Assembly (NCBI GenBank): GCA_965242965.1
Contig: OZ251518.1
Coordinates: 448,001 to 512,000 of the forward strand
Direction of reading: 5' to 3'
DNA: 64,000 nucleotides
DNA from: Candidatus Poribacteria bacterium
GTDB lineage: Bacteria; Poribacteria; WGA-4E; WGA-3G
The stretch's first letter is position 1. The number at the start of each line of letters is the position of its first letter. Of this stretch, positions 47,448 through 56,744 are shown one piece after another. Made by a program: the position numbers and the translations under genes. Under the pieces are notes generated by a model. The model saw nothing but the letters and a program-made list of their open reading frames with translations, was not told the origin of the DNA and did no database searches.

Positions 47448-48917
47448 ATGGTTCAAGAAAAACGCATTCTGTATGAACACTTGGATGTGCCGGAGATTCA
47501 CACCTTTGATGTCTTTCGCCAGCACGATGGCTATGCTCATTTTGAGAAGGCGGTAGGCGACTACCAGCCGGACGACATCGCTAAGATGGTGATGGATGCC
47601 GGGCTGAAAGGCAGAGGCGGTGCCGGCTTTTCCACCGGGTTGAAATGGAGTTTCGTCCCGAAGGATATCAAGCCGTGTTATCTCTGTTGCAACGCCGACG
47701 AAAGCGAGCCGGGGACGTTTAGCAACCGGTATGTCTTGGAGAAAAATCCGCACCTCCTCATTGAGGGTATCCTGATTTGCTGCTACGCGATGGGCATTGA
47801 GACAACTTATGTCTACATCCGCGGCGAATTTACCCTCGGTAAGAAGATGCTGGATGCCGCTATTAAAGAGGCTTACGCCAATGGATACCTCGGCAAAAAT
47901 ATCCGCGGCACCGGACTCAACGTTGATATTTACACGCACCCCGGCGCGGGTGCCTACATCTGCGGTGAAGAAACAGGGCTCATTGAGTCGCTAGAAGGAA
48001 AACGGGGACAGCCGCGGAATAAGCCGCCATTTCCTGCAGTAGAAGGTGTGTTTCGGAAACCTACCGTCGTGCAGAACGTGGAAACGTTGTGTAATCTCCC
48101 GTTCATCGTTGGCAACGGTGTGGAGTGGTATACGGCGATGGGGCCGACGTATGGCGATGCGCGCTTCGATCCGCCGAAACCCGATCCGAATACCGGCACC
48201 AAACTCTACTGCATCAGCGGTGATGTCAACAAACCGGGTGTCTATGAGTTGGAACTGGGATTGACATGTGCTGAACTCATCGAAGTCGCGGGCGGTGTCC
48301 GCGGGAAAGAGGTAAAAGCAGTGATTCCGGGTGGCAGTTCTGCTCCGATTTTGACGCATTATGAATTGGATACGCGCCTTGATTTCACCTCGCTGACGCT
48401 CGCCAAATCGATGCTCGGTTCAGGCGGCATCATCGTGATGAACGAGACGCGCAACATCGTCGATTGCCTATTGAACATCATGAAGTTTTACGCGCATGAA
48501 TCGTGTGGGCAATGCACACCGTGCCGCTGGGGCACGCCGTGGGTGCGTGATATTGTGCAACGCATCGCCGATGGAAACGGACGGCAGAGCACCATCACTC
48601 GTCCCAGATTTGGCATCGCCGAAAACGGCAGATGGGGGGACACCGGCGAGACTGAGGAAATCTACGAAGACCTGGATTTGCTGGAGAGTGTCGCTAACAA
48701 CATCGCTAATGTGGATACGATGACGTGGAATACCATCTGCGTCTTTGGCATCGCCGTTTCGTGGCCCGCTGTCAGTTATCTGCGGAAATTCCGTCCGGAA
48801 TTCGAGGCGGCGATTCAGGAAGGACAACTGACGACGCTTTCGGTTGAGGCGGCGACGGTGCCGCCGGAGGAAAACTACGCTTACCAACAGCGCATCGTTC
48901 CGAGAGAGTTAGAATAA
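47448..48917 (+). CDS. nuoF: NADH-quinone oxidoreductase subunit F
   Basis: GRGGAGF, NADESEPGT, YICGEETGL, ESCGQCTPCR...IC. Confidence 0.97.
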   Translation: MVQEKRILYEHLDVPEIHTFDVFRQHDGYAHFEKAVGDYQPDDIAKMVMDAGLKGRGGAGFSTGLKWSFVPKDIKPCYLCCNADESEPGTFSNRYVLEKNPHLLIEGILICCYAMGIETTYVYIRGEFTLGKKMLDAAIKEAYANGYLGKNIRGTGLNVDIYTHPGAGAYICGEETGLIESLEGKRGQPRNKPPFPAVEGVFRKPTVVQNVETLCNLPFIVGNGVEWYTAMGPTYGDARFDPPKPDPNTGTKLYCISGDVNKPGVYELELGLTCAELIEVAGGVRGKEVKAVIPGGSSAPILTHYELDTRLDFTSLTLAKSMLGSGGIIVMNETRNIVDCLLNIMKFYAHESCGQCTPCRWGTPWVRDIVQRIADGNGRQSTITRPRFGIAENGRWGDTGETEEIYEDLDLLESVANNIANVDTMTWNTICVFGIAVSWPAVSYLRKFRPEFEAAIQEGQLTTLSVEAATVPPEENYAYQQRIVPRELE

Positions 48918-49022
48918 GCCGAAGACTGCAAGAGAAGACAGCGTCTCTCCGAGTCTTTCTGACTGGTTAGGCGAGAAATCTGCCAAGTCAAACGTCAAAC
49001 AACCGCTAGGAACAACAAAAAG

Positions 49023-50663
49023 ATGGCCTTTATTAAACTGAACGAACTTGAGGTGGAGGTAGAGGATGGAACGAATGTCGTGGAAGCCGCCCGGCAGCAC
49101 GGTATTGAGGTGCCGCACTACTGCTATCACCCCGGGCTGAGCCGTCCGGCGAATTGCAGGATGTGCCTCGTTGAGCCTCACGTCTTCTTTCCACCCGCGG
49201 GGAAGATTGTGCCAGACCGGCAGCTCGCGACGGGATGCACGACGATGCTCCGCACTGCGCCGCCGGATAGAAAACTGGACGGCAAATACGATTTTATCGT
49301 CTATACCGATAGCCCGCGTGTGAAAAAGGCGCGGGAGGATATTTTGGAATTCCTTCTCGTCCATCACCCGCTGGATTGTCCCGTGTGCGATCAGGCAGGC
49401 GAATGCGACTTGCAAGATTTCTCCTATCGGCATGGACACGACAAGAGCCGCTACCTAGAGGTGAAGAACGTCCCGCCGAAGAAGGACCTCGGGCCTGATG
49501 TGTTGCTCTATTCCACGCGGTGTATCGTCTGCACGCGCTGCATTCGGTTCTGCCAAGAGGTGTCGGGCAGCAGCGAGCTCGGGTTAATCCACCGCGGTTC
49601 TCACGACGAAATCGACATTCCGCGCGCGCATAATGGCACGCCGTTGCAATTGCTCGATAATAAACTCGCCGGCAATGTAGTGGACATCTGTCCCGTTGGC
49701 GCGTTAATTAGCAAGGATTTCCTCTTCAAATCGCGTCCCTGGTTCATGAAAAAGGCGGACAGCGTCTGTGCAGGATGCAGTGTCGGCTGCAATATCACGG
49801 TGGAATACAAGGAAGATGGCGTTTACCGCCTGAAACCGCGATTCCATGGTGAGATTAACCAACATTGGATGTGCGACGATGGACGGCTCGGATACCACTA
49901 CGTCAACAGCGATGACAGGCTCCAACTGCCTCTGAAGCGGGTAGATGGCGAACTCCAACCGACGCATTGGGCTGATGCCCTGACGCAGGTTACAGAAAAG
50001 TTGTCTGAAGCAGACGCGGCAAACGTCATTATCATCGGCTCAGCGCAAGGCACGAACGAGGATAACTACGTCTTGCAGCAATTCGCGCATGAAGTGCTGA
50101 AAACAGAGCATCTCGGGCTCTTCGGTGCTTTGCAGGGTGAGGAGCATGTCTTCCCGCAGTTTACCATTGAGGCGGACAAAAATCCGAACACCGCCGGCGC
50201 GCGCCAGATGCTGAGCAACGGCACCCCGGTTTTAGAGGGTGAGGCACTCTGGCAAAAGTTCTCCGAGGCGAGCATCGTCTATCTCGTCAGTGGTGCGCCG
50301 CAACGGCCGCTTGAAGAGGCGGAGAAGGCGGCGTTGGAAAACGTGGATTTTCTTATCGTCCAAGATATCCTGCCTTCTGAGGTGACAGCGTTGGCAGATG
50401 TGGTGTTGCCTGGGACAACGTTCGTCGAAAAGGATGGCACGTTCACCAATTCCAAAGGGTGGGTGCAGCGCATTCGCAAGACGGTAGATGCCCCCGGTGA
50501 AGCGCGCGCGGACTGGGAGATTATCCAGCAGATTGCGAAGCAACTCGGCGGTGAAATGGACTACCACTTCGCTGGCGAAATCGCCATCTCTATCGCGGCA
50601 AATGTTCCGGGTTACACCGAGGCGACGCACCAGAACATCGGCGATAAGGGTGTGAAATTGTAA
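49023..50663 (+). CDS. nuoG: NADH-quinone oxidoreductase subunit G
   Basis: CYH, CRMC, HPLDCPVCDQAGEC.LQ, CIVCTRC, DICPVGAL, CAGCSVGC, EKDGTFTN. Confidence 0.93.
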   Translation: MAFIKLNELEVEVEDGTNVVEAARQHGIEVPHYCYHPGLSRPANCRMCLVEPHVFFPPAGKIVPDRQLATGCTTMLRTAPPDRKLDGKYDFIVYTDSPRVKKAREDILEFLLVHHPLDCPVCDQAGECDLQDFSYRHGHDKSRYLEVKNVPPKKDLGPDVLLYSTRCIVCTRCIRFCQEVSGSSELGLIHRGSHDEIDIPRAHNGTPLQLLDNKLAGNVVDICPVGALISKDFLFKSRPWFMKKADSVCAGCSVGCNITVEYKEDGVYRLKPRFHGEINQHWMCDDGRLGYHYVNSDDRLQLPLKRVDGELQPTHWADALTQVTEKLSEADAANVIIIGSAQGTNEDNYVLQQFAHEVLKTEHLGLFGALQGEEHVFPQFTIEADKNPNTAGARQMLSNGTPVLEGEALWQKFSEASIVYLVSGAPQRPLEEAEKAALENVDFLIVQDILPSEVTALADVVLPGTTFVEKDGTFTNSKGWVQRIRKTVDAPGEARADWEIIQQIAKQLGGEMDYHFAGEIAISIAANVPGYTEATHQNIGDKGVKL

Positions 50664-50768
50664 GGACAGGAGCAGGATTTCTAGGATTTCCAAGATGTCC
50701 AAGATGATAGGAAACGTTAAACGTAATCCTAGAAATCTTGTGAATCTTGTCTAATCCTGATTGAAACT

Positions 50769-51959
50769 ATGGATTTACCAATTAACGTTTTATTTTTGAG
50801 TTCCATCGTCAAAATCCTCATCATCGCGCATCTGCTGCTCATCGGAGTGATGGCGATGATTTGGGCGGAACGCCGCGTCAGCGGTTGGATGCAGGACAGG
50901 CTCGGCCCCAACCGTGTCGGCTTCCAAGGCATTCTTCAGCCGATTGCGGATGGCATCAAGTTCCTTCTCAAGGAAGATCTGATTCCGAATCACGTCGATA
51001 AACCGCTTTACGTGCTTGCCCCGGCGATGCTCCTGATTCCGGCGATGATATCAATTGCCGTTGTGCCGTTCGGCAGTGCAATTGAGATTGCCGGGTACAC
51101 GATTCCGATGCAGATTGCACCGGGATTGAACATCGGCATCCTTTACATTTTGGCGATTACGTCACTCGGTGTTTACGGTGTCGTGCTGGGCGCGTGGGCA
51201 TCGAACAATAAATACTCGCTGTTAGGCGGCCTGCGCTCCTCGGCGCAGATGATTAGTTATGAATTGACGCTCGGCTTGGCGATTATCGGCGTGCTAATGC
51301 TCTCCAGTTCGCTAAAGCTTGAGGATATCGCGAGGGAGCAAGGCGCGTATCCGTGGCAGTGGAATTTTCTTATCCACTTCCCTGCGTTCCTCGCGTTTAC
51401 AACGGCGATGTTCGCGGAAACGAACCGTTTGCCGTTCGATCTTGCCGAAGCGGAGCAGGAACTCGTCGCCGGTTATCATACCGAATACAGTAGCATGAAA
51501 TTCGCGATGTTCTTCATGGCAGAATACATGAATATGATTGTCGGTTCAGCGGTGACGGTGACGCTGTTCTTGGGAGGCTGGCATTTCTTTGGATTGGAGA
51601 ACCTCGGCGGACCGGTTTGGAGTGGGCTTATCTCGTTCGCGATTTTCTTCGCGAAGACAGCGTGTTTCCTGTTTGTGTTTATTTGGGTGCGGTGGACGCT
51701 CCCGCGCTTCCGGTATGATCAGCTGATGAACCTCGGTTGGAAATTCCTGTTGCCGGTGGCGTTAAGTTCCATCGTCGTAACGGGACTCCTTTGGGTAACG
51801 ACAGGCGGCAACAAACTGATTATCGGTATCGGCAACGTCGTCGCGGCGTTTATAGTCGTCGCCATTGTCGGCGGTTTGCTAGCGATGAATAAACCCCCGG
51901 AGGTTTCAACGCCGAAGATTGCGGGTTTAGACGAGTTAGAATCGGAGGTGTCGTCATGA
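50769..51959 (+). CDS. nuoH: NADH-quinone oxidoreductase subunit H
   Basis: ERR..GWMQDR.GPNRVG, ADGIK, AETNRLPFDL.EAE.ELVAG, PRFRYDQLM. Confidence 0.97.
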   Translation: MDLPINVLFLSSIVKILIIAHLLLIGVMAMIWAERRVSGWMQDRLGPNRVGFQGILQPIADGIKFLLKEDLIPNHVDKPLYVLAPAMLLIPAMISIAVVPFGSAIEIAGYTIPMQIAPGLNIGILYILAITSLGVYGVVLGAWASNNKYSLLGGLRSSAQMISYELTLGLAIIGVLMLSSSLKLEDIAREQGAYPWQWNFLIHFPAFLAFTTAMFAETNRLPFDLAEAEQELVAGYHTEYSSMKFAMFFMAEYMNMIVGSAVTVTLFLGGWHFFGLENLGGPVWSGLISFAIFFAKTACFLFVFIWVRWTLPRFRYDQLMNLGWKFLLPVALSSIVVTGLLWVTTGGNKLIIGIGNVVAAFIVVAIVGGLLAMNKPPEVSTPKIAGLDELESEVSS

Positions 51960-52501
51960 ATCCAGAGCAGATTCTGTTTTTCGTCTTTGGTTCGCTGTCG
52001 CTGGCGGGTGCGATTTCGGTGATTTCGTTTCGGCATCCGATTTACAGTGCGTTAGCTTTGATTGTGACGTTTTTTGCGCAGGCTGGGCTTTTCGTGCTGC
52101 TAGGCGCGCATTTTGTCGCCGCGGCGCAAGTCATCGTCTACGCGGGCGCAATTATGGTGCTGTTCCTCTTCGTGATTATGCTCCTGAACTTGGGCCGTCG
52201 CCCCGCAGGTTCTGCGGAGGGTAGGGGAAAATGGAAGGGAATTGCCGTGATTTTAGGGATTCTCTTCGCGGCGGAGGGTATCTATATCGCCGTGAACGCG
52301 CTCAACGATAATACCGCTGTTGCATCGGCGGAACCGGCGGCGGAGTCGGTAACGACTTACGATATTGGCACGCTGTTGTTCAGCAAGTATCTTCTACCTT
52401 TTGAGGTTACGTCGCTGATACTGCTGGCGGCGTTGATTGGGGTTATCGTCCTCGTCAAGCGTGAAAGTCCGAGCAAGATTTCCAGGATTACGCAAGATTA
52501 G
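51956..52501 (+). CDS. nuoJ: NADH-quinone oxidoreductase subunit J
   Basis: QVIVYAGAIMVLFLFVIMLL, YLLPFE. Confidence 0.96.
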   Translation: MNPEQILFFVFGSLSLAGAISVISFRHPIYSALALIVTFFAQAGLFVLLGAHFVAAAQVIVYAGAIMVLFLFVIMLLNLGRRPAGSAEGRGKWKGIAVILGILFAAEGIYIAVNALNDNTAVASAEPAAESVTTYDIGTLLFSKYLLPFEVTSLILLAALIGVIVLVKRESPSKISRITQD

Positions 52502-52615
52502 CAGGATTACAGGATACGTTTGATAACAGTTTCTTTGAAGTCCGAGGGCGTTTTGAAACGTAATCTTGGAAATCTTGTGAATCTTGTCTAATCCTGGTCG
52601 GAAAGGGAAAAATCT

Positions 52616-52915
52616 ATGGCATTAGAATACTACCTCATGTTAAGCGCGCTTCTGTTTACCACCGGCGTTGTCGGTGTCCTCGTGCGGAGGAATGCGATTA
52701 TCATTTTTATGTGTATTGAACTGATGCTGAACGCTGCTAACCTCGCTTTCGTGGCGTTCAGTCGTAGCCTCGGCCAAACGGAGGGGCAGGTGTTCGTCTT
52801 CTTTGTGATGACGGTAGCCGCCGCCGAAGTGGCTATTGGGCTCGCGATTATTGTCAGCGTGTTTAAACACCGCCAAACGATTAACGTCGACGAGGTGAAC
52901 TCGCTCAAGGGTTGA
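52616..52915 (+). CDS. nuoK: NADH-quinone oxidoreductase subunit K
   Basis: [24 protein letters not shown]. Confidence 0.97.
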   Translation: MALEYYLMLSALLFTTGVVGVLVRRNAIIIFMCIELMLNAANLAFVAFSRSLGQTEGQVFVFFVMTVAAAEVAIGLAIIVSVFKHRQTINVDEVNSLKG

Positions 52916-53074
52916 TGTTTTTCGTTATTCGCAAGGCGTTCGGCTGGCTTCTCTCGTGCAGAGGAGGGTGTCTTACCAGGCCGAAAAGACGTTGTCTTTT
53001 CTTGGATCGCTAGCGAAAAATAGCGAAAAACGGAAATCCTGTCACGTGCCAAAATCCTGGAGATTCTGATAAAA

Positions 53075-54991
53075 ATGTCAAGAGAACTTATTGTTGTCTT
53101 GTTAATCTCTCCCCTAGTCGGGTTTCTGATTAACGGACTGTTTGGCAAATTCTTAAAGGGTAACGAAAAGTTGAGCGGGGGGATAGGCGCGCTGGCGGTG
53201 CTGGTTTCGTTTGTCTGTGCCATCGTCGCGTTTGCGGGTGTGCAAGGCGGCGCGGTGCTGGAAGGCGATGCAGGCGTGCTTTACGAGTGGATTGCAGGCG
53301 AAGGGTTTACTTTCAACATCGGCTTCCACGTTGACGCGCTGACTACCGTGATGCTGCTCGTTATCACCGGCGTTGGATTCCTTATCCACGTCTATTCAAT
53401 CGGCTACATGCACGGCGATGCGGGGTATACGCGCTATTTTGCGTATCTCAACCTGTTCGTGTTTGCGATGCTGGTGCTGGTGCTGGGCAACAACTACCTG
53501 ATGATGTTCGTTGGGTGGGAAGGTGTAGGGCTCTGCTCCTACCTGCTTATTGGGTTCTGGTATGAGAAACAATCGGCGACAGATGCTGGGAAGAAGGCGT
53601 TCATAGTCAACCGCATCGGTGATTTCGGGTTTCTGCTCGGCATTTTTACGCTGTTCGCCGCATTCAGCAGTTTGGATTTCGCGTCAATCTTTGATGCTGC
53701 GGAAGCCGATAACTTTCAGAAGGTTTTCGGGGCAAGCACGCTAGGTATCGCGACGCTGCTGCTCTTCGTCGGTGCAGTCGGCAAATCGGCACAGATTCCG
53801 CTCTACGTCTGGCTACCGGATGCAATGGAAGGTCCGACACCTGTCAGTGCCTTAATCCACGCCGCTACGATGGTGACAGCGGGTGTCTATATGATTGCGC
53901 GTTCCGCTGTGCTTTATGAACTCGCGCATACCGGACAGGTTGTCGCGTGGATTGGCGTGTTAACGGCGTTTTTCGCCGCGACTATTGCGATAACACAGAA
54001 CGACATCAAGCGCATTCTCGCCTATTCCACTGTGAGCCAACTCGGTTATATGTTCGTCGGTGTCGGTGTCGGCGCGTATGCCTCCGGCATTTTCCATTTG
54101 ATGACGCATGCCTTCTTCAAAGGGCTTATGTTCCTCGCTGCGGGCAGTGTGATGCACGCGATGGCGAATGAATTGGATATGCGGAAGATGGGCGGCTTGT
54201 GGAAGAAAATGCCGATAACGCATTGGACGTTCCTCATCGGCGCGCTTGCGATTGCAGGTTGTCCGTTCCTCAGCGGCTTCTGGAGCAAAGACGAGATTTT
54301 GCACAGCGCGTGGGGCAGCAATCCCGCGATTTACGTCATCGGCATGATTACGGCGTTTTTGACAGCGTTCTACATGTTCCGGCTCATTGTCGTCACCTTT
54401 TATGGGCAGTCGCGGGTGGAGTCAGATGTGGCATCGCATCTGCATGAATCGCCGCCGGTGATGTGGGTGCCGCTGGCGATTCTCGCTATTCCTTCGGCAA
54501 TAATCGGGCTGCTCCTCGGGTGGGGTGGACACCACAGCGCGTTTCACCATTTCACGGACAATGTCTTTAAGGCTGCGAAGGAAATCGGGCACGGAGGACA
54601 CGGCGAAGTTGTTGGCAGCGCGCTACCGTTTCTGATAATTTCGGGCATCGTCGGGGCGGTGGGAATTGGAGCCGCGTGGATGCGATACAGCAAGCGGACT
54701 CCGTCAGAGCAACCCGGAACGGCTCTTCACAAATTGGTAGCGAACAAATACTACATCGACGAGATTTACAACGCTGTCTTCGTGCAGCCGATTAAAAACG
54801 TTTCGCACTATCTGTTGTGGCGCGTCGTGGATACCGGCATTATTGACGGCATTGTTAACGGTGTCGCCGGTGCTATCCGCATCATCGGCGGAACGTTGCG
54901 GCGGCTCCAGACCGGGGTAGTTCAGGCATATATCGTGTCAATGGTTGTAGGCATCGTTATATTCCTTGCCTATTATCTGTTCATGCTATAA
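53075..54991 (+). CDS. nuoL: NADH-quinone oxidoreductase subunit L
   Basis: GWEGVGLCSYLLIGF, KSAQIPL..WLPDAMEGPTPVSALIHAATMV, HAFFK. Confidence 0.97.
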   Translation: MSRELIVVLLISPLVGFLINGLFGKFLKGNEKLSGGIGALAVLVSFVCAIVAFAGVQGGAVLEGDAGVLYEWIAGEGFTFNIGFHVDALTTVMLLVITGVGFLIHVYSIGYMHGDAGYTRYFAYLNLFVFAMLVLVLGNNYLMMFVGWEGVGLCSYLLIGFWYEKQSATDAGKKAFIVNRIGDFGFLLGIFTLFAAFSSLDFASIFDAAEADNFQKVFGASTLGIATLLLFVGAVGKSAQIPLYVWLPDAMEGPTPVSALIHAATMVTAGVYMIARSAVLYELAHTGQVVAWIGVLTAFFAATIAITQNDIKRILAYSTVSQLGYMFVGVGVGAYASGIFHLMTHAFFKGLMFLAAGSVMHAMANELDMRKMGGLWKKMPITHWTFLIGALAIAGCPFLSGFWSKDEILHSAWGSNPAIYVIGMITAFLTAFYMFRLIVVTFYGQSRVESDVASHLHESPPVMWVPLAILAIPSAIIGLLLGWGGHHSAFHHFTDNVFKAAKEIGHGGHGEVVGSALPFLIISGIVGAVGIGAAWMRYSKRTPSEQPGTALHKLVANKYYIDEIYNAVFVQPIKNVSHYLLWRVVDTGIIDGIVNGVAGAIRIIGGTLRRLQTGVVQAYIVSMVVGIVIFLAYYLFML

Positions 54992-55142
54992 TCAACAGCC
55001 CGTTCCTAACGGCACTGTTAAGTTATAGGGCTACACAGAACAAGCTCTTTAGTGACGGTTTGCAACCGCGGCGGTTGCAAACCGCGCTTACCGGTGGAGA
55101 GTTATAGGCATTTGCTTCCGTCCTGTTAATTAGGAGGTTTCA

Positions 55143-56744
55143 TTGTTACTTTCAACAGTCATTTTTTTACCAATCCTCGGTGTTATCGCGATTGCGCTGC
55201 TCAGAGGCATGGGAGCATCCGTTGTCAAAGGCATCGCGCTTGCGGTTGCCCTGCTGACGTTCCTGATTTCGTTGGGGATTTACACGGGATTTGATGCGAA
55301 TTCCGCCGCGATGCAATTTTCGGAAGACAGGGAATGGATTTCAGGGTTAGGCTCGCGTTATCACGTCGGTATTGACGGTATCTCACTGTGGCTGGTACTG
55401 CTGACGACGTTCCTGACACCGGTGTGTATTCTCGCGGCGTGGAATTCCGTGGAGAAGGGGCTCAGCGGCTTCATGATGTCATTGCTGGCTCTTGAAACGG
55501 GGATGCTCGGCGTGTTTTGCGCTATGGACTTGTTCCTGTTCTTCGTGTTTTGGGAGTCGATGCTGATTCCGATGTATTTTCTTATCGGCATCTGGGGTGG
55601 CGAACGGCGCATTTACGCGACTATCAAGTTTGTCCTCTATACGATGGGGGGCAGCGCGCTAATGCTGGTAGGCATTTTGGCACTTTACTTCCAGAACGGC
55701 GACGATGGGTTCGCGCTGCTGCCGTTGTATGAGAAAGCGGGGGGATTCACGCACGCGAATCTCTTGTTCCTCGCATTTTTCATTGCGTTTGCGATTAAAG
55801 TGCCGCTGTTTCCGTTCCACACGTGGCTGCCAGACGCGCACGTTGAGGCACCGACAGTCGGCAGTGTCATCCTTGCCGGTGTGTTGCTGAAGATGGGCAC
55901 TTACGGGATTGTGCGTTTCTGTTTACCACTCTTCCCGGATGCGGCGGCGACGTATACCCCGCTAATCGTAACGCTCGCAGTCATCGGCATCATCTACGGC
56001 GCGTTAGTGGCGATGGTTCAACCAGACCTGAAGAAATTGGTTGCATATTCAAGTGTGAGCCACCTCGGCTTTGTCGTGTTGGGACTTTTCACACAGCACC
56101 ATGCAGGTATCCAAGGCGGCGTGCTGCAAATGATTAATCACGGGCTGAGTACGGGCGCGCTCTTCCTCCTCGTCGGAATGATTTATGAACGCCGACACAG
56201 CCGCATGATTGTCGATTTCGGTGGGGTGGCCAAGTCGATGCCTATCTTCGCCACGGTTTTTATGATTACCACGTTATCCTCTATCGGGTTGCCCGGATTG
56301 AACGGTTTCGTTGGAGAATTTATGATTCTGCTCGGCAGTTTCCACGGTGGCGCGTTCTCGAAAATTTACGTGGTGCTTGCCGCAACCGGTGTGATTCTAG
56401 CGGCGGTGTATATGCTGTGGATGTTCCAACGCGTGATGTTCGGCACGCCGGATAAGACGAACGCGGCTCTTCCGGATTTGAACGCGCGTGAGTTGGCAGT
56501 GCTGCTCCCGGTGCTGCTGTTCATCGTCTGGATAGGCGTGTATCCGAAGCCGTTCTTGAATCCGATGGAGAAGTCGGTGGACGTTGTCGTAACGAAGGTG
56601 CGGCAGCAAACGGCACCCGTGATGGGACACACCGATTTTTTTGATGGCATCGAAAACGAGCCGCAGCGCGTTGTTAAACAACCAATGATTTCATCAAACG
56701 CCTTACGAAAAACGAAAAATCAGAAGGAGGCAGCAACAAAATAA
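55143..56744 (+). CDS. nuoM: NADH-quinone oxidoreductase subunit M
   Basis: KVPLFPFHTWLPDAHVEAP, LLKMG.YG, AYSSVSH.G, GLPGL..FVGEF. Confidence 0.97.
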   Translation: MLLSTVIFLPILGVIAIALLRGMGASVVKGIALAVALLTFLISLGIYTGFDANSAAMQFSEDREWISGLGSRYHVGIDGISLWLVLLTTFLTPVCILAAWNSVEKGLSGFMMSLLALETGMLGVFCAMDLFLFFVFWESMLIPMYFLIGIWGGERRIYATIKFVLYTMGGSALMLVGILALYFQNGDDGFALLPLYEKAGGFTHANLLFLAFFIAFAIKVPLFPFHTWLPDAHVEAPTVGSVILAGVLLKMGTYGIVRFCLPLFPDAAATYTPLIVTLAVIGIIYGALVAMVQPDLKKLVAYSSVSHLGFVVLGLFTQHHAGIQGGVLQMINHGLSTGALFLLVGMIYERRHSRMIVDFGGVAKSMPIFATVFMITTLSSIGLPGLNGFVGEFMILLGSFHGGAFSKIYVVLAATGVILAAVYMLWMFQRVMFGTPDKTNAALPDLNARELAVLLPVLLFIVWIGVYPKPFLNPMEKSVDVVVTKVRQQTAPVMGHTDFFDGIENEPQRVVKQPMISSNALRKTKNQKEAATK

